From a virus: a DNA stretch of 64,000 nucleotides. The stretch is from IMG/VR virus record IMGVR_UViG_3300042558_005120, positions 32,001 through 96,000 of that record; one strand, 5' to 3'. The translations under genes were made by a program, and so were the position numbers. The notes beneath the pieces are model-generated. The model saw only the letters and a program-made list of their open reading frames with translations. It did not search any database and had not been told where the DNA came from. Of this stretch, positions 45,028 to 57,500 are shown piece by piece (position 1 is the stretch's first letter; each line of letters begins with the position of its first letter).

Positions 45028-48000
45028 TTATGGCGTTATATTTCTGGCAATCGGATTCCCGTCAGCTAATGTTTCAGCATATCTAACAATAGATTGGCCG
45101 CTTACGGTTAGGTATTGGTAAAAACGATCCGTAGCAGTCGCGGTGCCAGTTCCAATAAATGCTCTTTCGCCTAAAGGCGTGTCAACGTGCAGCATTGGGT
45201 CACTGAATTGTACTTCCAAAACAAATGTGTTGTTTTGTGTTAAAGTTGTTGCACTTGCACCTGCCTGGTATTTATAAGATTGTGCTGGCACCATTCTCCA
45301 TTGGATATTTTTATTCCGCATATATGTATGATTATGCCACAGAGAATACGCGGCGCCCAAAAACTGAACAAACCCAGATTGCTTAGCACCAACTTCTGAA
45401 CTAACATCTACTTGATTAAACATTGCTTTTGCTATTTGAAGAATTCTTCGGTCATTTCCAAAAGCAGAGTAAACGCCCGAGCGACTTTGTCCCCCTGGAA
45501 CCAATATGGAAAAAGTAGGTGAAGAATAAATAGCAGTGATTGGTGTGATATTTCCTTCTGATTTATATATTGAACTTTCTCTAGCTGCTCCACCAAAAAC
45601 ATAATATCCTAAGACGTCTAAATAATTACCAGTCCAAGTTCTAAATCCAACAGCGCCGGATTTAGGTGGTATTGTTGCCGGTTCGGTAAAGAAAGGACTG
45701 CCGTCTGATGTTGTTGTTTTAAAACCGGGTCCTAAATCTTCTCCAACATTTACAACATCACTATAATATGATCTTGCAGTAGTTTCATTTCCTACAACCG
45801 CGGTGCCCGCATACCATTGTTTATATGTACTCCAATTGCTAAACCACATTCCATTTCCGTAAATATCTTGTGCGATATCTTGACGGTATGTTGGTTCTGA
45901 ACTGAAATCTTCATCTGGGACATATATAAACCTTAAGTATTGAGTAAATCTTGGACTGCAGAAATCAATGTAATTAAAAGAATTAGTGGCAGTACCGCCA
46001 GGTAAAACAGGATTGTTGACTTTAACGGTAATATTAAAGTCAACTAATGCAAATTCGCTATTGATTCGTTTGAAGCGAATTGCAGATGCTTGGTTATCGC
46101 CAAGAGTCGGATCAACTGTAAACGATTCAATACTGTAATAGTGGTCAATATTTCTTTGCACTGCTGATAAATTAGCACCACCTACGACTGGTAAAATATC
46201 TGTTTCTTGATTTCGAGTTTGTGTATCTGCTGGATTATAAACCTCTTCAAATTTGATTTTGAAGTTTGTGACTCTTAAAACATCTGTTGTTGTTAAAAAG
46301 TCAGCTGGATCAGATATTTGAAAATCTCCACTTTGTCTAAGCATCATACCAAGTTTCCAAGGAGAATTAGAATTTAGAGACCAATTCGTATTTGAAATAT
46401 AAAAACTAATTTGATTTTCAAACACAACACCCGAACTCGAATCAGGACCGTCGGTTGGCCATATTGTTCCAAAATAACCATTGGTCAGACAGGACGTGAC
46501 CATATGATCCATACTAAAGTTTCCGTCATCAGGTATTAAACCTATGTATAACGGTCCAAGATTTTGCCAATCTGTACCAGTGGCGCCGGCGGCGGCAAGA
46601 TCAATCGTTACTTTAATACGGTCAGGAGTTATTAAGTCAGGCGAAGGCGAACTTGTTGGCTGAAACTGTAATTCGGTGGCGCCGACGGAGGATGTAACGG
46701 ACCCAGTTCCGGTAGACGGCGTGTACGAATAGTCGCTGTCTTCTATTAAATCAACGTCAAAAGAGTTCAGACCACTGGTATCTGTTTTAATCAAAACAGC
46801 ATTTGCTGCGGTTCGATCCGCAATGTTTGAACCGTTTTTGCTTGAATTGTTAATTATTTGATTAGTAGTTGGCTGTCCCGGATTGCTAATGTTAAAAATA
46901 CTATATTGGCCATCTCGAGTTGCACCAAGCTGCAGAATATCAGTTGTTGAATCTGCAACCCCAACAGCTAATTTTCGACCATATTGACTGGATGTAAATG
47001 CTGTATCTTGTTGGCCGGGCCATGTATAGTCTCGGTTTGAATAGCGAACAAATCCAGGGTACATATTATCAAGAAGAATACTTGCATTTCCGTCAATATT
47101 AGTGGTTAAATCAGTTGTATTTGTAATATCGGCAATTGCACCTGTGTACCCTGCCAAAAATTCCATAGTAACAACTTGATCTAAGTGTAATCCATAATCT
47201 CCAGTTACACCACCTGTACCGGTTGTTGTAACTTTAATACTTGTAGCATCAAACCCATCTGTTTTTTCTTTCGAGCCGAAATGATCTGTGAAGACCATAA
47301 ACGTTCCACCCGTATTATCTGCTTTTGGAATCCAATATTCTCTTAAAGAAACTTCATCTTGTGCGGATTGAATAACTGTACTTACTTTTTTATACGGGTC
47401 CTGTCCTGCTACTACACCACGCAATGCAGCTTTTCCAGAATCAACATCACCTTCCAAGAAAGTAAATATCAATTTAGGCGATTCTTGGCGCTTTTGCTTC
47501 ACGAGATTTTTCGTAAAGTCAGCAACATCTGTGTCATCAGGTACAGCATCAGCAGTTTGACCACCAGGTCCTCCAAATCCGTAGCCTTCACCGTACACAA
47601 AATTATTTAGTCGGATATTTGCACTTCCTCTGAGATCTGTAGTGGGGATAAATGTAACAATACTATTTCCACCAGACACCACTATTGTATCATTTAAATC
47701 TTCTGCTGGATGGTCAACACTCATTCCCCACCATTCAGCTGCGATTGCGCCAACTGGAGCAGTAAATCCAGGTGCTAATCCCGAGAGAGGCCCGCCTGCA
47801 TTAAACTCGGTTGGATGCGGATAAACAACTGCTGGGAAAAAGGTAGCATCTATTCCAGGATTTGCGACCGCTAAATTTAATACACTATCGATAATCCTTC
47901 CTTCAGAATCGGTTACTAATGACCAATTCGCTCCAAAGCCAGTTGATACTAAAGATAAATTAATATAGTCAGCTACTTCGACACCTACAGTTAATGAGAT

Positions 48001-51000
48001 AGTAGTAGACGGCGGATAACCCCAACCTGTCTTCTGTGCCATACGTCCATCACGACTCCAAGCCTTTTCGGCAGCAATTTCCAAACGAATATATTCTGCT
48101 TGTGTTGCCTGACTATTGATGAGTGCAGCAGATGAAGTAGTTGCATTTTCTGCATATCCACTATAAGTCAATAAACCGTATTGGCCATTTGCTGTATTCC
48201 ATCTTCCATCCCATGTGTATGTTAAACCACTACCCGCCGTTGCCGGAACAGTTGCGGTTGCTCCAACAGTTGGAACATATTGCAGATATCCATTTGCATC
48301 TCTATCCAAGCTTGGATAAGCATCCATATCCCAACCTGCAGCATTTCCGACTGCAATATTACCATTTTTGTCAAAAACAATTTTCATTTGATTAAGAACA
48401 TCTCTGGTTCCTAATCCTCTTTGTTCCCATTGGGTGTAAGGGTGTCCTCCGTCTCTACCTCTCGGGATGTTAATAATTCCAAGTTCACCGTGTGGACTAC
48501 TAATAATCGCAGAACCACCGTTATTTCCGGTTGTGTCATTCGCATTATTATCTCGGCCGAGTAGCCATCGGGTATTATCTCGGTTGTCTCCACCCGTTGA
48601 ACCAGTTCCAGCTTCAGATACATCTCGGATTAAATTAAATCCAATGTAACTCGTTGGTTCCCACCACGCATTTGTAGTACCTCCGTGACGGTACGAGTTA
48701 TTGAATGTAACGTTAGTTCCAGTTGCTGGGTATGCAAAATTGACATAATCAGGCTCAAATGGAACAGCATGGCGTGTTGGTGTTAGTTTATCTTTTGACG
48801 GATAAACTGCTGCATTTGGCGAAAGAGTTCCTGTTGAACCAGGATTTGCTGTTGCACCATAGGCATAATATTGGTATTCATAGATTCCGACTGGATATGT
48901 ATAAGAATCGCCGAGATAGTCAATAGCTATTTGATTTTCTGATGGCGAGTTGATTCTCCCTTTGCCTGGATAATATGGATAACTATTCGTAACCCCACTT
49001 GGTGCAACTACAACACCAGGTGTCCAATTCTCCTCACCCCAATCCACTTCATTATAGATATTTTTTCCAAAAAGGTGAATTCGAGTTCTTGGATATAAGT
49101 TATGGAGACCCACACCCGAAATAGATTGGTTGCTATCTGATTCATCTAAGGTGGTATCTTTAATCAGAGGATGAATAGATATTTGAAATTGGGTTTTAAA
49201 ATATTCGGAATCCTCTTTACCAATGGCATAATTAGAAAGTATTGACTGTGCACCCAAATGCATAGTATTATGTCTTGAATATCTCCAAGACTCAGTACGA
49301 ATTGCATTTCTTAAAACATTTGCACCTGGCACAGTATCATTATCTGACATACGATTGACTACATCGCCAATTGCATTGGTTGGATTAACCCATTCTTCAG
49401 TTTGTGTATATAAGTTTCCTAATAAAATATCAGTTACTGAATTATCTGCAATTTTAAGGTAATCACCAGAGAATGCAGCAACTGTGAATACTTTATCTGG
49501 TAATTTGCTACCACCTGCCAATTCAACGTATGTGTATGTTGGATCGTCTTCTCTTAGTTTTTGTTTAACATGGACGTGTAATTGTCCTGCAGGTTCTAAT
49601 GGTCCAGCGTCGGCCGTGTTAGAAGTATCGCCAACAAATGTTCCAATACCGATATTTCGATATGGCGACATATACATAACTGGCAAGCTTTTGTGGGAAT
49701 TTTGAGTTGGATCAACTTCATTTTTTGTTAATCCAGTCCCACCCGCTAAATCAAATTTAAAATGTGAAGTATAAAAAACAAGTTCACTTAAAAAGTTAGT
49801 TCCAGTACCAACACCTGCTACGTCTGTCAAGTCGTCAAAGCGTCTTCCTCGATCCATCATCCCTGCAACTCTAATATAGTTCCCTTCGCCCGGATTTAAA
49901 CCGTCCCAGTTAGAAGGTAAATCATCAAAAACTGAGCTACCATACCATGTGTTTCTTGTCTGCATACCAGTTAATCCACTTGCTGTATCGTGTGTTCCAC
50001 CAGTTAATCCGTAAGTTGTTCCGTCACCTAATCCGTATTCCCAATAGTCAACAGCATTTGGATTTCCAGTTATTGATTTTCCATTAATTGAGCTAATGTA
50101 CCCCTGGAATGTTCGATATCTGTAGCTATTATTAACATTTGATTCTTCATAATAAGCCTCGGGGCCAGTTATGTAATCAATCCAATCTCCGGATAATTTC
50201 ATATCTGTTGGACTTGAACAAACATATTGATTAGATGCAATCAAACGTCTTGTGTCCATGATGAATTCACCATAGTTTTTAGTTGAAGCACTGTCAATTC
50301 CTGTAAATCCTGCCGGGTACATTTCCACAGGGTCCGGTGAATATCTACTGCTCCATAAAAATAAACTTTTATTTAGATTGCTTTTTCCACCAGCATCCTG
50401 GGACGTGTGCATATACAAACCTAACGAAGAACTATTGTCAATAACTGCATCTATATTTCTTTCGCTTAAAAATATAAGTGGTGAAAATTTTTCAATTGTT
50501 GTTTCATATTGTGGTTTGACCCAGTATGTATTTTCTAATGGGAACTGCATCGCAGTTCCATTAGCTGATTCTGGATAAGTAGAAGACTGTGAATATGCTG
50601 GGCCGGAAAGTCCAGTAAACCCACGAGCTGTGATGTTTCCTAAATAAGGAATCGTATCAATTGACATTTTAAATAGTAGTCTGTCAATACCAGAGTTTAC
50701 TCTTGACGGATTAAACCCAGCAGTGTTTCCTCCCCACGCTTCGATTGTAGTTGTTGGTAAATTATCATCGCCTCCGAGATCATTACCGCTTGTTATCCAC
50801 ACAGAACCATATTTTGATTCCAAACGAGCATTTGGAATACTCAAAGGTATTGCTGTCGACCCAGGATAAGGGCCCGCAGCAGTAGGACTAAACAAATATG
50901 TTGTAATATCATTTACCCAAACATTTCCGCCAAGTACGTTTGATATATCTTCTGTTGAATACCAATACCATCCGTTTCCTAAAAATCCAAATCCTGCAGA

Positions 51001-51552
51001 AAAATCTGGATACGAGCCAGTTCCAGCGACTCCATATATACCGCCGGATAAATATTCCGCTGGGTAAGTTCCAGTTCCAGGGTTATAAGCTCCAGTCGCA
51101 TCTACTGCTTCTAAATATTTCCAATATCCTTTGTTTGCGTGGTCAACGTAAATATCACCTGGTTTTGCAGTTGCACCAGTTCCTCCAGAGAAGCCAGGAA
51201 AGGAAGAAGTTATCCCTGCACCGTGATAATTCATCAGCCACGTCCATGATGCTAACGGCCATTCACCTGCCGGTTGGCTGTTTGGCGCTAATTGACCAGA
51301 TGTAGGTCCAACACCTGCGGTGCTTGCACTTATTTTTGCAAAGGGAATAATTCCTAAAAGAGTTCCAGTCGGTCCTTGCGCGCCTGTCGGACCGAGAGGA
51401 CCGACTCTTCCAGGCAACCCAGGAATTCCTTGTTGACCTCTAATCCCTTGTGGACCACCGTTTGTGGCATTAAGAATTTGAAAATTATTATTTAGTTTTG
51501 CTACTATGGTTGCAAGACTATCGCTTTCAAGTAATTGTTGTAGTGTTAGCAT
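45028..51552 (-). CDS. Large tail-fibre-like protein with N-terminal collagen-like repeat (2174 aa)
   Basis: KLNNNF anchor, (GXY)n GPQGIRGQQGIPGLPGRVGPLGPTGAQGPTG, G/T-rich body, NIGIGT..LHV fibre-type motif. Confidence 0.65.
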   Translation of the reverse strand: MLTLQQLLESDSLATIVAKLNNNFQILNATNGGPQGIRGQQGIPGLPGRVGPLGPTGAQGPTGTLLGIIPFAKISASTAGVGPTSGQLAPNSQPAGEWPLASWTWLMNYHGAGITSSFPGFSGGTGATAKPGDIYVDHANKGYWKYLEAVDATGAYNPGTGTYPAEYLSGGIYGVAGTGSYPDFSAGFGFLGNGWYWYSTEDISNVLGGNVWVNDITTYLFSPTAAGPYPGSTAIPLSIPNARLESKYGSVWITSGNDLGGDDNLPTTTIEAWGGNTAGFNPSRVNSGIDRLLFKMSIDTIPYLGNITARGFTGLSGPAYSQSSTYPESANGTAMQFPLENTYWVKPQYETTIEKFSPLIFLSERNIDAVIDNSSSLGLYMHTSQDAGGKSNLNKSLFLWSSRYSPDPVEMYPAGFTGIDSASTKNYGEFIMDTRRLIASNQYVCSSPTDMKLSGDWIDYITGPEAYYEESNVNNSYRYRTFQGYISSINGKSITGNPNAVDYWEYGLGDGTTYGLTGGTHDTASGLTGMQTRNTWYGSSVFDDLPSNWDGLNPGEGNYIRVAGMMDRGRRFDDLTDVAGVGTGTNFLSELVFYTSHFKFDLAGGTGLTKNEVDPTQNSHKSLPVMYMSPYRNIGIGTFVGDTSNTADAGPLEPAGQLHVHVKQKLREDDPTYTYVELAGGSKLPDKVFTVAAFSGDYLKIADNSVTDILLGNLYTQTEEWVNPTNAIGDVVNRMSDNDTVPGANVLRNAIRTESWRYSRHNTMHLGAQSILSNYAIGKEDSEYFKTQFQISIHPLIKDTTLDESDSNQSISGVGLHNLYPRTRIHLFGKNIYNEVDWGEENWTPGVVVAPSGVTNSYPYYPGKGRINSPSENQIAIDYLGDSYTYPVGIYEYQYYAYGATANPGSTGTLSPNAAVYPSKDKLTPTRHAVPFEPDYVNFAYPATGTNVTFNNSYRHGGTTNAWWEPTSYIGFNLIRDVSEAGTGSTGGDNRDNTRWLLGRDNNANDTTGNNGGSAIISSPHGELGIINIPRGRDGGHPYTQWEQRGLGTRDVLNQMKIVFDKNGNIAVGNAAGWDMDAYPSLDRDANGYLQYVPTVGATATVPATAGSGLTYTWDGRWNTANGQYGLLTYSGYAENATTSSAALINSQATQAEYIRLEIAAEKAWSRDGRMAQKTGWGYPPSTTISLTVGVEVADYINLSLVSTGFGANWSLVTDSEGRIIDSVLNLAVANPGIDATFFPAVVYPHPTEFNAGGPLSGLAPGFTAPVGAIAAEWWGMSVDHPAEDLNDTIVVSGGNSIVTFIPTTDLRGSANIRLNNFVYGEGYGFGGPGGQTADAVPDDTDVADFTKNLVKQKRQESPKLIFTFLEGDVDSGKAALRGVVAGQDPYKKVSTVIQSAQDEVSLREYWIPKADNTGGTFMVFTDHFGSKEKTDGFDATSIKVTTTGTGGVTGDYGLHLDQVVTMEFLAGYTGAIADITNTTDLTTNIDGNASILLDNMYPGFVRYSNRDYTWPGQQDTAFTSSQYGRKLAVGVADSTTDILQLGATRDGQYSIFNISNPGQPTTNQIINNSSKNGSNIADRTAANAVLIKTDTSGLNSFDVDLIEDSDYSYTPSTGTGSVTSSVGATELQFQPTSSPSPDLITPDRIKVTIDLAAAGATGTDWQNLGPLYIGLIPDDGNFSMDHMVTSCLTNGYFGTIWPTDGPDSSSGVVFENQISFYISNTNWSLNSNSPWKLGMMLRQSGDFQISDPADFLTTTDVLRVTNFKIKFEEVYNPADTQTRNQETDILPVVGGANLSAVQRNIDHYYSIESFTVDPTLGDNQASAIRFKRINSEFALVDFNITVKVNNPVLPGGTATNSFNYIDFCSPRFTQYLRFIYVPDEDFSSEPTYRQDIAQDIYGNGMWFSNWSTYKQWYAGTAVVGNETTARSYYSDVVNVGEDLGPGFKTTTSDGSPFFTEPATIPPKSGAVGFRTWTGNYLDVLGYYVFGGAARESSIYKSEGNITPITAIYSSPTFSILVPGGQSRSGVYSAFGNDRRILQIAKAMFNQVDVSSEVGAKQSGFVQFLGAAYSLWHNHTYMRNKNIQWRMVPAQSYKYQAGASATTLTQNNTFVLEVQFSDPMLHVDTPLGERAFIGTGTATATDRFYQYLTVSGQSIVRYAETLADGNPIARNITP

Positions 51553-51575
51553 TGTTCGATTATTTTACCTTTTAG

Positions 51576-51584
51576 TATATATCA
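51576..51584 (-). promoter_or_regulatory. Putative late promoter TGATATATA
   Basis: Exact motif copy upstream of the fibre gene. Confidence 0.6.
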
Positions 51585-54500
51585 CTATATTCTTTTTAAA
51601 GTTGCTGCCAAGCTAAATCCTGCATCAACTTTAGGATCTAAAATTTTAGTTATTTCAAATTCAAAATCTGAAATCGTTGTTAGCTGACAGTTTTTATCAA
51701 TTTTATATCCTGCTCTCGCTTTTTCCAATTCAGTAAGATTTAGATTTAAAATATCTAATCCTTTTTGATTTTTGAAATATAAAGAAATATTAAAAACTTC
51801 ATATAATTGAAGAATATTTTTTGTAAAATATTCTACTTTAAGTTCATCAATTTCTGTTTGCGTTAATCCTGATAATGTTGTATTACTTGTAATTGTTAAA
51901 AGTCTTTCAAAATCATTATTTGGTATAGAATCTATATCACTCAACAACTGTCGAAGAAGGCGATTTCTTAAGTTTAATCTGATAATTAACTTTGGACGAT
52001 TCGCATTGGGTTTACTTTGCTGCGCGGCATTTCCTGTACTTAATGTATCAATTCCAATTGAAAGACTTGGTTCAATGACTGTGAATGTTACTTCATCTGT
52101 ATTATTGAATGTATGAAATTCGAAACTTTTAGGAACATTCATTGCCTTTGACGCTAAAAACGTTTTGTATTCTGTCATTTCATTTATCCCATCCTTTTGT
52201 GTAAAATTACTCGTTGTTGAGTATTCACGGTAAAATCCACCATCCCATGTAGAACTAAATACAAAATAATCCGAAGCATCAACCGCAATTTCATTTACGA
52301 GTGGGTAAACACTTTTATAAGCAGAAGTTCTAGCAATTTGCATTATATTCCCTGCAGTTGCAACTTTATTGATACCATAATTTTTAACTATCCCAGTCAG
52401 CTGAGATAAATTGTCAATTCTGGTATTTTTTAATAAAAAGTCAATTTCAAAATGATTACTCATTTCACTATCTTCTCGTAGCCAAAACGAAAGAACGTCT
52501 CTTGTCTTAGGTTCATATACACCTCGGTGTCTGAGTAAAAATTCCCGGCCGCCAGTATTTACAATGTTATACCCAACAGTTTCGATTGTTCTAAATTCAT
52601 CTGGTTTATCTTGATCTGGTGAATAGTTTAGTACATTTTCTTTAATAATAGCATCTGGGCTTATAAATTTTAATTGATATGTATTTTCGCCTGGGTTGTA
52701 CTTAGTTTCTCCGGCATCCGAAATATCAAAGTATTCAACAATCGGGTCAGAAGTATTAAATAGTTTAAATAAGTTTCCGTATGTTAAATAAAACTTAATT
52801 GACTGAAATCCAAGCGTCCCACCTTCCAAATGATATGTTTCCATTTCAGGTAGTGGAATTTGATTATCAACTTGATTTGTTAAATAGTTTGGACTGTTTG
52901 AACCATTAAATCCCGGACTCAATAACGGAGTAAATAATGCAGAAAAACCGTTATAATATTCACCAGCACCTATTTTGATACTTGCCGTATTAAATACATT
53001 ATCTCTGCTTTGATTATCCACGCTTGTTCTAATAGTGTATCTTAATGGTGAATCATTTTTATAAACAGTTAAGAAATTAAATGTGAAACCTTCTCTGCCA
53101 TAGTTTCGTGCAACAACTTTGGAAAAATTTGTATTGATTGTATATATGGTCGGGTCAATTCGATAGTTATTTTGGATTGGATAAATCTCTTCAAGAACAT
53201 TAAAGTTATATCTGTTATCAATATTATTAAATCCAAATTCCAACTGAGGACCTGATAAAGAAGGTGTGTATATTGGTGAAACCGAAGGGGTATCAGCTGC
53301 AATTCCACCAAGTTTTTTATCGCCTAAATGGACATACCCACCGCCTAGCATTCCTTGTCTCGGACGAAGAGCTGCAGCATCTAAATAGTCATTAAATCCT
53401 AAACTTGGTTTTGAATTATAAGGATAAAAATTACGCAATTGTGAACTTGCTGCAAGAGGCGTTGGCGTGGCTAAATCCAATAAGAACTGATTCTGTTTGT
53501 GGTTACTTAGAATATCGTTCATAAAATATTGGAACATAAACTCTCCACTACCAGATTGTGTTCGATAATCTTGGATTCTAACTGTGATAAGAAGAACAAC
53601 CCATTTCCATTTTTTATTTCTAAATACTTGGATGTCTACAGGTTTTTGTTTTGCATACGGCTCGAACGGCTCAAATCTTGTAATTGCCGAGAATTTATAA
53701 TCATTAAATTCTGAATTGTCCAGATTTAAAGGTCGGCCCGGTAACGTTTCGTTAAACGAAAGCAGCTGAATTTTTCCACCTCGGAATAGCGTTTGTGACT
53801 GTCCAATTCCGTCATTATATTTAAAAAATGTAAATCTTTCATCTCTTGGTTTTGGAATAGGTTCACCGTTGTAATTTAAATCAGAAGGATAACCAACTGA
53901 GAAATATTTTGTAAACCAATCGTTTGTGTTATCAGATGTAAATAACTCATACCAAGATTTACTTTTTGTCACCACATCTGAAAGTTTAGAAAAGAAATAC
54001 CCTCGAGTCGATTCCAAGTTGGAAATTGGATAATCCTTGGGAACACTATCTAAATAAGGAAATTCCTGTGTTAGCAATGCTGTCTCTGAAAAGTCAACAT
54101 TTTCTGCAGGTGAGATATTTGCAATCCCAAATGCCATTGAATTATTTAATCGGTAATAGTTGTCTCTGGCGTCAGTACCTTCTTGTGCCCATTTATTGAT
54201 ATAAGGAACTACTTTTGATTTTACTGCCCAATCTTTATTGTAATTTTCTCGAAGTCTATCATATTCAGAAAATAACAATTGATAAGTAAAGGCATTGATA
54301 AATTCACCATTCTGTTTTAATTGCTCAATAACGTCGGCATCTCCAATACTTGTAATATCTTGAATCCCTGCAAATCCGTTAAACGTTGCAATATCTTGGT
54401 CAACTGTATAATTTGCATTTGTGATTGTAATACTATCAGCACCACTCGATTGATATCTCAATCTAAATAATGTTGGATAAATTATATCGCCATCCGGAGT

Positions 54501-57500
54501 ATACAAATATCTTCTGTCATAGTTTCTTCGTCCTGCTGCCGTGTACTGTTTTCCAGAAACAAACACAGTTTCAGATTTATACGGATATTCGTTAATATCA
54601 TAATCGTAAAAAGGATAGAAAGTATTGAGTATAATACTTTTTGAAGTATCTAATCCGTCCATTACAATTGTATCAATATCGAGCCATTCCTTTCGATTTC
54701 CGTCATAAGCTGAAATCACCATTGTGAATGTTGCAGTTGTAGTTTGAGTAATTTTGTAATTATTAAATGGATATAGTTCAATTGTGTCACCTGACTCGAG
54801 AGTTTCAGATTCAAAATATTTTATGGCTTCCAATGTTGGTGTATAAGCATAATCTGACAGAAAATAATCAAAGTCAAATGCTTTAATTGGATATACGCTA
54901 AACACACCCATAGTTGGGCGATAGACGCTGTATGCAACTACTCTTTTATCCGGAGAATAAAAAAACTCTTGGGTTGGGTCATCCAACTGTATAATTGCTT
55001 TTGTCTGATAGTTGGCATATCCGTTCAAATACTCTTCAGCATCAAATGTCGGCTCTTCCAAATAAGGTAATGAATAAACAAGTTTTCCTTGAACTTCCCA
55101 GCCTTTCATTCGGCGATACATTTCCTTTAAGCACTGATACCATTGTTGATAGATTACTGTATCATTTAAAATACTGATTGAGCCAATTGTTAATTCACTA
55201 CTTCCGGATATGGTTGCTGAATTGCTGATAGAAATTTCAGTTGCTCGAATGTCTGAAACAATTGTCCCAGCTGGGATTCCGTTTCCAGAGACAGTCGCGC
55301 CGATATACATCCCAGTTGGTGAAATGGAAATATTATTCGAGCCTGTAGTTAAATTAACAGATCTTTTAATCTGTCGGTTTTGGTAATACTTTTCAGCATC
55401 AGTAATTTCTATTGCTGCACGATTTCTTATTCTTTTAATTCCACCAACAAATAATTGCTCAACCACCAACTCAGAAGTTATTGTGTAAACTTGTTCGTGA
55501 ACAGTATTAAATGGTATTTGTTTAATATCAATACTAAAAGGTAATCTCGAATCAAAATATCGGTCATCCGTTGTTGGGAATGTAAAATTGTAAACTGGCA
55601 TTACCCCAGTTGCTATTGCGGTTGCATAAGTAGTTGGGTCCACATATCTTCTTACAAATACAGTGGTGAGGTTTACACCTCGTGAAATTCTAACAAAATA
55701 GCTACCAGCAATATTATAAGATGCCGGTTGGTCAACCATTTCAGGAAATACATTTGTTAAATAATAGTTAGGTCCACCTGTGCCGTTATAATCAACTAGG
55801 CTAAGTTTCGTTCCTCTATCAACATTTGCGTCTTCATAAAAACCAAGGTTTTCATAAATGCTCGTTTGTTTTAGATTTCGTATAAATGTAATACTATTTC
55901 CTTCTTCAAACTGTAATTTTGATTTCAAATAGACAACTCTTCCGTCAGCCCATGCCGTTACTGGTATGTTCTGAAAGGAATTTATACACATCGCTAATGC
56001 ACCAGCAACATCCTCTGGGCTACCTTCATTACTAAATTGTGATATCCATTCAAAACTATTTGGATCATACTGTGGGTAATCCCACGCATCTCCAGCGGGT
56101 AATCCAATTCCGCTAGCAATCATTTTCCATGTAAACTGCTCGTAACCGGTCTTATATTCCGCATCCAAAGCTGATGTAGTTAAAGTTCCCGGAAGGACGA
56201 ATTTTTGAATTACTGGAAAGTCAACCTCAATTCTCCAAGAATCCAAAACAGAATATGGTGTAATTCCAAAGGAAAGTAAATTGATTGTTAGATAATTGTC
56301 TATATTTAACAAAAATCCAAGAGGCGACAGAAAATAAGTAGCCTCCCCGGTTAATGAATTTGCAAGTAAAGCATATTGTCCAATAGCGGTTGTCGGCAAT
56401 GCGTTTTGCGGACCACCGATATTAACAACATCCATCTGAGTTGTTGATGTAATTGCAGTTATCTGATAATATCCACCCGTAACAATGTAAATTTTTTCCC
56501 CAACTGAGAACCCACTTGTGTTTCCAATTGTTAGTGTTACAGAACTACCTACTGCTGGTTGTGAAAAACCTGCAGCTAATTGGTCGACTGACTGATTAAT
56601 AAAATATTGAACAGATACAGATGTTGGGGTTACATTTGTTATTTGAACATAATAAGTATTAGCTCCACCAGCGTCATTGTACCTTTTGACTTTAATAAGT
56701 AATTCTTCATCTGTTTCAAAAACGCCTGTTCCGTTATTATCTAATAAATGCAATCTCAATTGAGAATTTCCACTTCCAAGCAAATTTGCAGGGAATTGTG
56801 AGACAATATCATTAACACCACCGTATTTGCTAATATTCTCTGAATTATCAAAAAGTTTTAATTGTGTTATTCGGCGATAATCAGTAGTCCCCGGATATCC
56901 ATAATCAACTTCTTTAATTTCAGTTATTCGTTTAAAAACATCATCCCGGTCTTTGATATAAAATAGACGTAATGGGTCATCTACCATTGTCGGCAATGGA
57001 AATTTCCCAACAACCAATCCTGGGTTCTCGGGAAGATTAGTTCCATTAACTGAATATGTACTGTTATGATAATAATTAACAGGTATCTCGATTCCGTTTG
57101 GATTATTCTGTACGAATGTTCTAAGTGTGTACGGTTGTCCATCAACACCTGGCTTTGGTGCTGGTGTTTGCTCAAATATTTTTCCTAATACTGTTGGTTC
57201 AATTTCAAATTCTGCTAATTGATTTTCCGAAACATATAAACCAATATATCGGTTAATACTATATAAGTCTGCTTCTTCATCGTCAAACAAAAATTCTAAG
57301 TTCATCAGGTTTGTACTGATAATTCCATTTCGTTGGAATCCATCAGTTATGTACTCTTCGAACTCTTTAACAGGACGGTCTTGTGTATAGAAATCATATA
57401 AATACTCGCCCTTTCCGGTCATTGTTGCTTTTTGGTATGATATACCGTTCCAATAAGTTGCAGTATCTTGGTCCCAGGAAACATCTAATGGGCGTTCTTT